Of a DNA stretch of 52,315 nt, positions 36,328 to 46,300 are shown in pieces. The number at the start of each line of letters is the position of its first letter. The first letter of the stretch is position 1. Origin of the DNA: a virus (lineage: Duplodnaviria; Caudoviricetes). The stretch spans positions 1 through 52,315 of IMG/VR virus record IMGVR_UViG_3300038371_000007. One strand, written 5' to 3'. The notes under the pieces were generated by a model. That model saw only the letters and a list, made by a program, of their open reading frames with translations, was not told the DNA's origin and made no database searches. Both the position numbers and the translations under genes were made by a program.

Positions 36328-38442
36328 TTAGAAGAGACCTCCAAGAAGGCCACCACCTCCGCCACCTCCGAACAGCACTGTAGCTGCCAGAGCACCATAG
36401 GCTGCCTTCTCATCCGCATCAAGTTGCTGCTGCTGGAGTGCATAGTTTCTATCACCCATCAGGAGTTGGATCTCACGATCCGCAGCATTCTCTGCACCAG
36501 TGAAAGCGAAAGCCATAATGTCTCGTTCACGTTGCCAGAGTTGGTTGAGTTGGTCAGACGTCAGGTTGTTGTAGGCTTGGGCATTGGCCAAGTTGACTTC
36601 GTGCTGAGATTGGAACTCAGACGTAGCAATGTTCTGTCGCCACTGGGCATTAGCCTGTGCAACGACAAGTGCGTTATTAGCGTTGAACCTGTCCCGCTCA
36701 GCCTGCATGGTTTTATTAAACCTTGCCATCTCGTTAGTCTGACTGACATTGAACTGACGGGTCTGGTTAGTTTGCTCCGCATTAAAACGAGATACGGTGG
36801 AGGCAAGATCAGCCATGAACTGATTGGTTTGGTTCTCACTGGCGGCATTAAATTGCAGAGCAGCGTTCTCTGCCGCTGTGTCGGACAGCAGGGCATTGGT
36901 CATCTGCTGAGATTTGAACAGGTTAGTCTGTTGCTGGTTGTTCAGGTTAGCCAGATCCATCTGCAAGAAGTTCTGTGCATTCTGTACCTGAGCCTGCTGC
37001 CTGTTGTTCAGGTTAGTGAGCTCCATCTGAGACATTGCAGCAGCATCTGCGAGAACCTTAGCGTTCTCTGCATTAAGATTGGCAATGTTAACAGAGTTGG
37101 CAAGACGTGCGTTCTCAAGAGCGACCTGCTGCTCAGCAGTGAAGTTGAGGTTGGCAATCTCACTAATCTTAGCAGCGTTCAGAACCTTCGACTGGAAGTC
37201 TTGATCAAACTTCTGGCCCAAGAACTGTGCTCGTTGTTGTGCAGCAAACATCACTGTCTGTTGACGATTGGAAAGGTTCTGGCTTTCAAAGGCTGCGAAG
37301 GTTTGTGCATCAGCCTGAGCAATGGGAATGGCTGCTTCCATCGTTGCCTGAATGACTGCCTGTCCTGCGAGAGAGGAGGCACCCAAGCCACGAGCAACGA
37401 GTGCTTGGTTGGCTTGTCTCATGGCACCAGCGGCCCAGACAGGAGTCTCTCCGCCCTCGAAGTCTTGCATCAGCTCTTCGAGTTGCCCCTGAACTGTTGC
37501 CTTTTTAGAGGGGTCAGCCTGGGCAGCTTCAATTTGAAGGGCCTGATCCACTGCCTGCATATCAACAGCAGAGCCATCAACTGCTTCCCCGGGCTGTAGC
37601 TCTCTTGGGTTAACGGCAGCAACCTCTGCTGCATCTGCCTGAGCGGCCTGTAGCTGGAGTTGTGCGAGGGTCTCAGGGTCTTGTGTCTCAGCTACAACTT
37701 CCTCAGAGACCTGACCTTGTGCAGCCTCCAGCCCCTCCAGCTCCTGACCAACCTCCTCTGCTGCTGTAGCTGCGTCGTAGGTGGCAGTTTCAATTTGCTC
37801 AGGCATAGCTGCTTTTGCAATGTTGGTTTGGCGAGAGGCAGCCGCAGGAGCCCTCTGTTGGGTCTGCCCTGTGGAGGGGTCAACAGATCCTGCCTCCGCC
37901 GCTTGGTCTCCAAACGTGGCACCCTCTGCCTGCTGAAGTACAGAGGCAGGGTCTTTGAGAGTCCCGGACAAAAGCTTTCGTTCTCGGTTCGCTTGCTGCG
38001 CACTGAACTCTTTGCCAAGCCGGGCTGTTCTTTTATTCAAGTCATCCAGACTGGCCTGACTTTGTTCGAGGGAGGTCTGGATATTTGTATATTCTTCCGA
38101 ACCTTCTTGTGCCTCAGACAGCTGTTGGGTCAAATCATCTACACGAGTCTGTGCCTTAATCTGATCTTTCTGCCTTAGCCTTAGCCGTTCCTCAACAGAC
38201 TTGAGGGGCGGCTTTTTATTTGTCGCCACCCCACCATTGGCCATTGCAACTGTACCACTTAAGGGGGCCCCTGCTACCCGCTGCGAGGCTATCTTAGCGT
38301 AGTTTCCCATTGATGCAGCGGCAGCAGGGCTAGCTGCTAGGAACTTGTCAATCTCATCTTGCTGAGCAGGAACGTCGTGACCCATCTTTTTCAAGAGGGC
38401 AGACTGTTGCTCAGTAGTGAAACCTTGAAACATTTTAGCCAT
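36328..38442 (-). CDS. Gln/Asn/Ala-rich internal virion (DNA ejection) protein
   Basis: 704 aa; repeated NL.NRQQ and FNA motifs; hydrophobic Gly-rich C-terminus. Confidence 0.7.
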   Translation of the reverse strand: MAKMFQGFTTEQQSALLKKMGHDVPAQQDEIDKFLAASPAAAASMGNYAKIASQRVAGAPLSGTVAMANGGVATNKKPPLKSVEERLRLRQKDQIKAQTRVDDLTQQLSEAQEGSEEYTNIQTSLEQSQASLDDLNKRTARLGKEFSAQQANRERKLLSGTLKDPASVLQQAEGATFGDQAAEAGSVDPSTGQTQQRAPAAASRQTNIAKAAMPEQIETATYDAATAAEEVGQELEGLEAAQGQVSEEVVAETQDPETLAQLQLQAAQADAAEVAAVNPRELQPGEAVDGSAVDMQAVDQALQIEAAQADPSKKATVQGQLEELMQDFEGGETPVWAAGAMRQANQALVARGLGASSLAGQAVIQATMEAAIPIAQADAQTFAAFESQNLSNRQQTVMFAAQQRAQFLGQKFDQDFQSKVLNAAKISEIANLNFTAEQQVALENARLANSVNIANLNAENAKVLADAAAMSQMELTNLNNRQQAQVQNAQNFLQMDLANLNNQQQTNLFKSQQMTNALLSDTAAENAALQFNAASENQTNQFMADLASTVSRFNAEQTNQTRQFNVSQTNEMARFNKTMQAERDRFNANNALVVAQANAQWRQNIATSEFQSQHEVNLANAQAYNNLTSDQLNQLWQRERDIMAFAFTGAENAADREIQLLMGDRNYALQQQQLDADEKAAYGALAATVLFGGGGGGGLLGGLF

Positions 38443-38454
38443 AGCTTATCCTTA

Positions 38455-38901
38455 TTACTCTTGCGGCCAAGCTGCCAGCATTGCCACCTTGTGCTCTTCT
38501 GTGGCGTGTCCGGTTGCGATTAGTCCATCCAAGAAAACACCCACCACCGGGTTATCGCGATGAATACTCTGTGGTACGTCAGTTTGCCACTTCATCCAAA
38601 GCAGTTCAAGCGCAGGGTCTTTACGCATTGCTAGCTCTTCTGCGTCTCCTTTGCCAGTGACTGCCCGGAACAACGCCATGGCCTCTAGTTTATTTAGAGA
38701 TTGGTAAGTGGGCTCTGCGAGTGGCTCTTCCGGCTTTGCGTAAGAGCCGTCTGGCTGCCTTACCCACCCGATCTGCACACCGGAAGAAACTGCGTCCAAC
38801 ACTGTGTCTACAGGGAACAACTCTGTAGCGGCTTCTAGGCTATCGGCTTCGACAATGTTGTCGATGACGCCATCACCATTTTTATCTATTGCAACTCTCA
38901 T
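38455..38901 (-). CDS. Putative tail fibre assembly/chaperone protein
   Basis: Follows the fibre genes; QIGW...GSY..P pattern. Confidence 0.55.
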   Translation of the reverse strand: MRVAIDKNGDGVIDNIVEADSLEAATELFPVDTVLDAVSSGVQIGWVRQPDGSYAKPEEPLAEPTYQSLNKLEAMALFRAVTGKGDAEELAMRKDPALELLWMKWQTDVPQSIHRDNPVVGVFLDGLIATGHATEEHKVAMLAAWPQE

Positions 38902-38903
38902 TA

Positions 38904-39755
38904 TTACACCTCGAATACGAAGTCTTCGGAGGGAAAGCCCCCACGAACGACATAAACACGAACCTCTCCACGAGCTCCAGCCCCTGAAGCAGCCCCGCCA
39001 TTTGAGCCCGAGCCACCCCCGCCAGGGGCCGTCCCTGCATTGCCTGCGGTGTTGTCAGCTGAGGGGCTGTTGCCCCCATTCCCTCCGAACACAGAAGAGC
39101 CTCCGGCTGTGTCAAAGCCCGATCCAGCGTTATGTCCTGCGCCACCGGCACCGCCCCATACGCTGTTACCTCCGTCCCTGCGGGCGCTGCTGGCAGTGCT
39201 TCCTCCTGCACCGCCGCCGCGAGTGCTGTCAGCTGAGCCCGAGAAATCGCTTGCACCAGTATCAGATTGCCCCCGACCCCACTGGTCAAGGCTTGAATAG
39301 GTGCTACCACTTCCAAATACACCGACGCTAATGTGCTGTAGGCTTTGACCACCGTCTCCGCCAATCACACCCCCGGAGCCACCGTCGCTACCCCCCTCAC
39401 CACCACTGGCACCAACAGTGGCTGTACCGCTAATAGTGATGGTGGAGCTTCCTCCATCGTTGCCGTCCCCAGAGGTTGCTGAGGCACCCCCAGCCCCCAC
39501 ACTAACCGTCTCAGAGGAGGAGAAGGCCGATGCCCTAGCTGCTACTCGGGAGAAACCTCCCCCGCCTCCGCCGCCTGCATCGTCAGTGTTAGAGCTATCA
39601 GAGGCACCAGAGCCACCCCCACCCCACAAATCAACAACAACAATGTCATTATCATCCACTGTGGTGGGCTTAGTCCAAGTACCAGAGGTAGTGAAAGTTT
39701 GGGAGTCAATGAGTTCGAAACCCCCACCCCCAATAAAGTCAGATAGATTAGGCAT
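38904..39755 (-). CDS. Glycine-rich tail fibre/adhesin protein
   Basis: QTFTTSGTWTKP, WGGGGSG, many GGxGG repeats, GARGEVRV; TGATG coupling. Confidence 0.8.
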   Translation of the reverse strand: MPNLSDFIGGGGFELIDSQTFTTSGTWTKPTTVDDNDIVVVDLWGGGGSGASDSSNTDDAGGGGGGGFSRVAARASAFSSSETVSVGAGGASATSGDGNDGGSSTITISGTATVGASGGEGGSDGGSGGVIGGDGGQSLQHISVGVFGSGSTYSSLDQWGRGQSDTGASDFSGSADSTRGGGAGGSTASSARRDGGNSVWGGAGGAGHNAGSGFDTAGGSSVFGGNGGNSPSADNTAGNAGTAPGGGGSGSNGGAASGAGARGEVRVYVVRGGFPSEDFVFEV

Positions 39756-41083
39756 CAGCCAACCCTCCATTCAGTTCCGTTATACACAAGATCCACCTTG
39801 GCGTTATTCACATCAATAACGAAAGAAGAATCGCCATTAACTGTGTTGCTGCCGGGGTCCACTGTGATGTTATTAGTTTCCGAGTCGCCCGAGACGACAA
39901 CGAAAGAAGCCCAGTCCCCAGAGTTGGGAGAAGCAGGAAGTGTAATTGTGAAAGACGACGAGGCGTTAATAGCCACTTCGTTAAAGGCACTCACCGTAAG
40001 GGCAGACGATGCGAACACAAACCTGAAGTCTGCGTTAGTGCTACGGTCTACGCCTAGGTTAGCTCTGGCATCAGCAGCAGTAGAGGCCCCTGTCCCCCCG
40101 TCTGCAACGGCAAGGTCCGTGATACCACTAATACTGCCCCCAGTGATTGAGATGCTGGAAGAGGACTGAGTGGCCACGTTGCCCAGCCCTAGATTACTTC
40201 TCGCTGTACTCGCGTCCGAAGCTCCAGTACCCCCGTCAGCGATGGCAAGATCCGTAATGCCAGTAATGCTGCCGCCCGTGATAGACACACTGGAGGGGCT
40301 CTGAGTGGCCATACCTGCGAGACCAAGGTTGGTCCGAGCATCCGAGGCAGTAGAAGCCCCAGTGCCACCGTCTGCGATTGCTAAATCTGTGATGCCCGTA
40401 ATGCTACCACCTGTGATGGAGACAGAGGCAGGGCTCTGGGTGGACAGCCCCCCGAGGCCCAAGTTAGTCCGGGCGGTGGCTGCGTCATCTAGATCTGCCA
40501 AGTTCTGAGAAGCTTGGAGAATGTCGGTGATGCCGCCAGTGGCTGTGGCAATGACAAAGGCCCTGCTCGCTGCGTCCCCATCGTTAATGGGGTCAGAAGG
40601 CAGACCAGTGATGGCATTGCCGTTCATGTTAATGGGCCCTTGTGCAGCACCAGAGAAGGTGAAAGGCCCAGAGAAAGTGGCAGTTCCTGTTGCCGTAATG
40701 CCCACTGTAGAGACACTGCCAGAGAAGAAGGCATCTCTAAAACGAACAGAGGTTGTACCGAGGCTAATGTCGTTGGTGACAACTGGTACTACGAGTCCAT
40801 CTTGAATGCGTAGCTGCTCTGCCCGAGCACCACTCACCTCTACAGAGAACCCAATGCGGTTATTAACAGAGTCTACTTGTGCCCTGTTGTTGCCATCTGG
40901 GTCAGCGATGAGAGGGACGTAGGAGCCTTGGTCGGAACTACCGTCGTGGGTGTGCCCTGTGTTACCAGTGGCATCAAAGTCGAACGCATCTCTAAGTCTG
41001 TTGAACTCCCGGTTGATGGGCTCAGATCGTACCACCTCACCGGGAACAATGTCGGTAGTAGACTGTCTAGTGTATCCGGTCAT
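39755..41083 (-). CDS. Tail fibre protein with tandem 45-aa repeats
   Basis: MTGYTRQS and GHTHDG N-terminal anchor; ARTNLGL...DLAIADGGTGAST repeats. Confidence 0.85.
   Translation of the reverse strand: MTGYTRQSTTDIVPGEVVRSEPINREFNRLRDAFDFDATGNTGHTHDGSSDQGSYVPLIADPDGNNRAQVDSVNNRIGFSVEVSGARAEQLRIQDGLVVPVVTNDISLGTTSVRFRDAFFSGSVSTVGITATGTATFSGPFTFSGAAQGPINMNGNAITGLPSDPINDGDAASRAFVIATATGGITDILQASQNLADLDDAATARTNLGLGGLSTQSPASVSITGGSITGITDLAIADGGTGASTASDARTNLGLAGMATQSPSSVSITGGSITGITDLAIADGGTGASDASTARSNLGLGNVATQSSSSISITGGSISGITDLAVADGGTGASTAADARANLGVDRSTNADFRFVFASSALTVSAFNEVAINASSSFTITLPASPNSGDWASFVVVSGDSETNNITVDPGSNTVNGDSSFVIDVNNAKVDLVYNGTEWRVG
40050..40474 (-). repeat. Three tandem ~135-bp (45-aa) coding repeats in the tail fibre
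   Basis: ARxNLGLxxxxTQSxxSxSITGGSIxGITDLAxADGGTGASxAxx three times, plus a partial fourth copy. Confidence 0.9.
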
Positions 41084-41093
41084 GTATCATTCC

Positions 41094-42641
41094 TTAACGT
41101 CTATCATGAAGTGCGTACGAAACCACATACGCCTGAATAGTGTGGCTGGGTTGTGAGTCGGTTGTTACATACGTCAGAGACACAGACCTGCCAGAACCAC
41201 GAACAGGGGTACGAGTCAGAGGACTTGGGTTCCCGTCGTAGATGTCTGTAGTGTCGTAGGTAGCAGAGTCCCAGAAGGCTGCCACCCCTTGTGTGCCCAG
41301 CACTTCATCAGAAGGCTTCAGGACGTTAGTATCGCCGTAGTCGTAGGTGAGGCCCAGACTAATCCTAATCTCCCCCTCAGAGCGCATATACGTATTCACA
41401 TCGTAAATGGTCTTTCGTATAATAGGGTCATCCATGTAGAGGTAGGGAGTCTGGTAGAGGGAAAAGACAGGTGATCCGTTAAAGTCAATGCCAGACTCTT
41501 GTCTGAACACACGACCAACAGAATCTCCGTGGATAACAAACTCTGTAGCACCAATGTAGGAGGAGTCACCAGCAGATACAGAGATACCTACAAGCTGTGA
41601 ATACTCAAACCCTTGGCCTCCGTCACCAGACCTACGGATAGAACCGATGATGCCGAAGGACTCTGAGTTGTTGAGAAACATTCTGAACTGAGTCTTACGG
41701 CCTACAACGAGAGTGGTCATCTGTGTGAGGTCTTCGTTGTTGTACAGAGTCTCGAAGATGTTCTGCACTGGCTTAGACAATACGTTCAGTTCAATGTCGC
41801 CAATACGGTCGGTGCCACTAATAGGACGAAGACCGTCTGCCGAGAGAAAGATTACGTCCCCGTTAAACTCCACCACTGTGTCTGGACTAACAGTTCCTAC
41901 GTTCTTCGTTACGTCGTCCAACACAAAGTCTGCAAGAGTGTTACCAGTGAGCACTTTAATCTGAGTGCTGCCAAAGATGTAGAGTTGGTCACGGAAGGAC
42001 TTGATTGCTGTAACCTCAAAGCCCACGTTAATCACACCAGCACCATTAGCAGGATCGAAGTCTGTGGCGGTGAAGGGTGCGGAGAAGTAGACAAGGTTTG
42101 GTTCAGCAGGATCACCTGCGAGAAACAGGTGACTAGAGAAATCCTCAGAGAAGCGAGGAGCGGACGGTGCAAGGGGGTCAGTGATTTGGGAGTAGGTAGT
42201 GCCATCCCAAGTCGCTCCGGGGTTCACGCCGTCTGTGAGTACGAGCAGGGGCACACCCCAGCGTAGCTTAGCGAACCTTACCTTCTCCACCCCCACCATC
42301 GTAGGATTACCAGTGGTTGAAGGAGTGACCCACTGTTCGTTAGTTGCATCCCAGTAGTGGAAGTAGTCATTACCAGACTGGGGCCTGCGACACCCGAAGA
42401 TGCCGTCGTTAATCTCTTGGTACACTGCAATGCCCAGAGTGGGCTCCCCAATGAGACCGGGCAGGGTTCCATAGTCGTTAGTGAATCCACTGATACGACG
42501 GTAGCCCCCTTCAAGTGCAGGCTCGTAGTTCACCATACGGAGAGCAGAGCCGGGAAAATTGGCCCCCTGAGTTAGGGGGTCAATGTTGTTTAGAAGCCCA
42601 GCAGAGCAGGGCGAAGAGAAAGACCGAATTCTTTCCGTCAT
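41094..42641 (-). CDS. Tail nozzle / packaged-DNA stabilization protein (tubular B-like)
   Basis: NYEP..EGGYRRI.G; beta-propeller-like composition; position after the adaptor. Confidence 0.75.
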   Translation of the reverse strand: MTERIRSFSSPCSAGLLNNIDPLTQGANFPGSALRMVNYEPALEGGYRRISGFTNDYGTLPGLIGEPTLGIAVYQEINDGIFGCRRPQSGNDYFHYWDATNEQWVTPSTTGNPTMVGVEKVRFAKLRWGVPLLVLTDGVNPGATWDGTTYSQITDPLAPSAPRFSEDFSSHLFLAGDPAEPNLVYFSAPFTATDFDPANGAGVINVGFEVTAIKSFRDQLYIFGSTQIKVLTGNTLADFVLDDVTKNVGTVSPDTVVEFNGDVIFLSADGLRPISGTDRIGDIELNVLSKPVQNIFETLYNNEDLTQMTTLVVGRKTQFRMFLNNSESFGIIGSIRRSGDGGQGFEYSQLVGISVSAGDSSYIGATEFVIHGDSVGRVFRQESGIDFNGSPVFSLYQTPYLYMDDPIIRKTIYDVNTYMRSEGEIRISLGLTYDYGDTNVLKPSDEVLGTQGVAAFWDSATYDTTDIYDGNPSPLTRTPVRGSGRSVSLTYVTTDSQPSHTIQAYVVSYALHDRR

Positions 42642-43363
42642 GTAGCAATCCTCTCATTGAACGACGGATAGGGCCTACGCTCAATCATTGTACTCTTGAT
42701 GTAGTCAAACCTGTTGATGTACACCTGTCGTAGATGATCGAGTCCTTCTCTGAACTTCTGTTGTGTGATTTGAGTATTCTCTACGTCGCTTCGGAACATG
42801 TAGTTATAGAACATGGCTCCATCAACGATGGTGCGTCTGAATTGTTCAGGCACTGTAGGAACATCTGTTTGAACCACGAGGTCCAGAGGAAGGGAGTAGT
42901 ATTCGTACGTCAACTCATAGGGATTGTCTGGCGTCTCCGCCAGTGCAAACCCCAAGTCAGGTGTACGGAATACGTACTCAGGCAAGGCTCTAACTTCGTC
43001 AGAAGTGTTGAAGTCTTGGTCAACGAAAGAAGTTAGATACTCTTCGTATAGCAAGGGCTTTAGGATACGACTCTCATTCCCGAACGTATCGTTTCTGTGG
43101 ATACGAAAGGTATCCATAGATGCCGTCTTGAAGTCGGAAGGGAAGGAGTAGCGAGGCTGGCCGGGAACCAGCGTGATGGTTTGAGTGACCAAGTTAAATG
43201 GCCACTCATACTCTAGCTGGTTGATGTCCCGGATGGCGTAGTTGATGGAGTCCTTAATTTGGGAGTGGACCCCTGTGGTGCCAGCGAAGTCTTGCTCTGT
43301 GAGCTCAACTTCATTAAGCCTCTTACACACGTCGTTAACCAGTGTAAGAAAGTTGTATGCCAT
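42638..43363 (-). CDS. Head-tail adaptor (tail tubular protein A-like)
   Basis: FLTLVNDV.KRLNEV...AIRDIN..EYEWPF. Confidence 0.78.
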   Translation of the reverse strand: MAYNFLTLVNDVCKRLNEVELTEQDFAGTTGVHSQIKDSINYAIRDINQLEYEWPFNLVTQTITLVPGQPRYSFPSDFKTASMDTFRIHRNDTFGNESRILKPLLYEEYLTSFVDQDFNTSDEVRALPEYVFRTPDLGFALAETPDNPYELTYEYYSLPLDLVVQTDVPTVPEQFRRTIVDGAMFYNYMFRSDVENTQITQQKFREGLDHLRQVYINRFDYIKSTMIERRPYPSFNERIAT

Positions 43364-43372
43364 TATTACTCC

Positions 43373-46300
43373 TTATGGTACGATAGTTAGGGTGCCCCCG
43401 TTATTCCACACATCACCAGATGTGAGACCTGTAGCTGATGTGGGGAGGTTCCCTACGTTAAGACCGCTAGGTCTAAAAGTAACAGAGAGGTTAAACAAAG
43501 TCTCTGTCGTGTACGTAGTGGAGAACAGCCCAAACTGAGGCAGTGTTGCGTGGTTCTCAAGATCAGAGACTGTCGTGTGGATTGGAGTGAAGTCCTCAAA
43601 GTTAAGGAACCTCGCTTCCTGTTCTCCGACATTGATAGTCCCGCTAAGACCAGAGCCAAACAATGTAGTGTACGAGTACCCTGTGTCGATCTCTGCTGTG
43701 TCTCCTACAATGGCAAGGTTGCCACTAGCAGCGGGACGGAATGCAAAGACCTGCCATCCATCATGCACATTCTCCAGAGCCACCCTGCGGGTAGTTGCAG
43801 GGGTTGCAGGGATTGCACGAGTTTCGGTGTACGACAGAATTACCTGCACATCATTAATGGTGGGCAGTCCTGCGTTGACACGGGCATTCTCACTCACCCT
43901 GATACTCCGAGTGCTGGGATACCAGCGAACCTCTACTGTTAGGGTTTCACTCCCGTCACTCAACGTAAAGGTGGTGAACACTTCGTTCGTACCGCCTACC
44001 CCCGAGAGGGTTACTGAGTTGGCACCAAAGATGTTCCCGTTAGCGTGACCTCTGTAGTTGATGGTTATGGTCGTTGAGCTTGTTGGAATGTTCCTAGTGA
44101 AGAACAACTCATCAGACTCAGGCACCGGCACCCCATTCTGGAACGTAAGAGACGGGATCGTCTGCCAGATACCCGCACCAGATACGCGGCTTGAAGGGGC
44201 AGGATACACTGTCTCAGTGCTAGTACCTGCACTCTTGGCGGGGACAAACACGTTAGCGAAGAACGTACCATCCACGTAACTGATTAGGTCTCTGCCAGTA
44301 GACCCATCAAAAGCCGTTACGTAAGACGCTTGGTTTACGAACGCAGCCTCTGGCGGAATGTACAAAAGCTTTCGTTGAGACTGATTACCGCTAAGCTCGG
44401 ACAGGGGCCGGGATACCTTAGACCCCCCACTGCCTGCGTTCTCGTTAGGCTCATAGAACACTGTCTGGGAGGTATTAGTAGACCCAGCTAGGCCCCTGTT
44501 GTACGCCGTCGGGCTTACGTTTGGGGTGGACTCTTCCGTAACACTAGTGTTGTTGTCGAGAACATCAACTACTTCGTCAGGAAGGTTAAGAGCTGCATGA
44601 GCGAGTTCCGCATCAATTCTTTCTACGTCATCCTGTAGGTTACGAATGTCGTCAGGCCAGGCAACAACACGGGAGTTTTCAACCCTCTCTACCTCGTACA
44701 CGTGACCGGAGGTAAGTCCTGTCACCCGATAGACGAAGTAGGAAACCCCGTTAAAAGTCCTGCTCTCCCCCAGAGTAACTGCGGGGTCCGCATCAGCGAG
44801 GGCGGTGTCACTGCTGGTAGTGATGTTCCTCAGGGTGTACGCTATAGAGCCACCGGGGACAGCAACGAACAGAGACGTATTGCCACCAGTGAACCTTGGG
44901 TTATCTGCGCTCACTGCCTGCATAGTGGAAAGGTCTGAAGGGAAGTTATCAGACCCTGTGCTATCCAAGAACAACGCCGCCCCTTCAGGAGTATTCGTCT
45001 GAACAGTCTTGTACGGAGACAGGCGAGGCTGGATAGATTGGAGAGCCGCTCCGTCGTCATCAATCTCGTTAGCCAATCCGTCAATGCGAGTGTTCACCCG
45101 CTGTTCTGCCATCGCTGCTTGGTTGACAGCAATGTCAGTGACTGCTTGCCTGAGCGTACCGTCCAGTGTATTGAACAACCCCATAATAGTGAAAGAACCA
45201 ATGAAGGTCGCACCACGGAACTGGTAGTTCAAGGTGATGTTGCAGTTGGTGTTAAGGAAGGCGCTGTAGTCTTGGTTAGGAATGGTGATGTCTACAGAAG
45301 CAATGCCCGACTGAGGGTCAACCCCAGTGAGCGGGAATGTGAAGGTGTTACCACCCCCGTAGTCGAACACAATGTCTGTAAGGTCTGGCAGGAACCCCGA
45401 CTGCTGATTGGCTGAAAAGGATGCCATCAAGCTAAGTGTCCCGCCTCTAAGATCAGCAAACTGCAAGTTCTGGTTAGTGAAGGTGACAGAACGTGCTGTG
45501 CCCGGAGAAACCCCATCACTTGTGAAGTAGGGGAATGGACCAGCGGGGAGGCCACTCGACATGCTGTTGAAGCTGATGACGTTAGCCTCGTTAACGAAGA
45601 CGTTACGACTGGTGTCAAACCTCGTACCATCTCTCGTAACTTCATCGAAGAAGGCAATCTGCTCCATCGTGAGGCCGAAGTTATTCGTCTCAGGGATGAT
45701 GAGCCAGTCATCGCTCGTAGTGGTGAGGTCTGGGTTATTAACCTTTGAGACAATTACATCACCGCCACGGATCTCTGTACCAAAGTAAGTACCGCCCGTG
45801 TCTACGATGAAGGCTTCCCCTGCCTCAATAACTACACCTGCAAGCTCTGTAGAGATGGCGTTGATGTTAGAGACACGTAGTCTTTCGTGGAAAGTAAACA
45901 CACCATTAGGCAAGAGGGTGGACGCTGGGTCACGAGTGGCCCTGCTCTCCTGCCAGTTCTGCCCTGCTGCATCCTTGGTGAGTACAATTACGTCACCTTG
46001 GCTTATTCCAGTGTTTGCCCGAAGCCCTAGAGCAACCGTGTTGATCTGAGTTCCAGTGTCACCTGATTTTATTATGAAGTTAACGACGTTAGGACGACCA
46101 TCGGCAGGAGTGCGGTCTGTGCCGCCAAGGTGTGTGACCTCGATAGCGACCGGATACGACTCTCCAGATGTTGCAATCTCCGCGTCAGTCGGCAAGAGAA
46201 TATCAACCCTCTTGTTCACCCGGCCTGCCGCATAAATGCTGTTGACGTCGTTCCATTCAGCAAAGTTCGTTCCGTCGAGGGTAATCTCTTCGATGCGGAA

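Noticed and set aside
36295-37599. Long antisense ORFs (also 10085-11446 -, 11401-12327 -, 28690-29673 -, 30972-32177 +, 48568-49491 +, 50882-51733 +)
   Set aside because: They overlap well-supported genes on the opposite strand and show no recognisable motifs; they are best explained as codon-bias shadows.
40050-40474. CRISPR-like or DGR repeats
   Set aside because: These are in-frame coding repeats of a tail fibre with no spacers, and no cas or reverse transcriptase gene is in the window.
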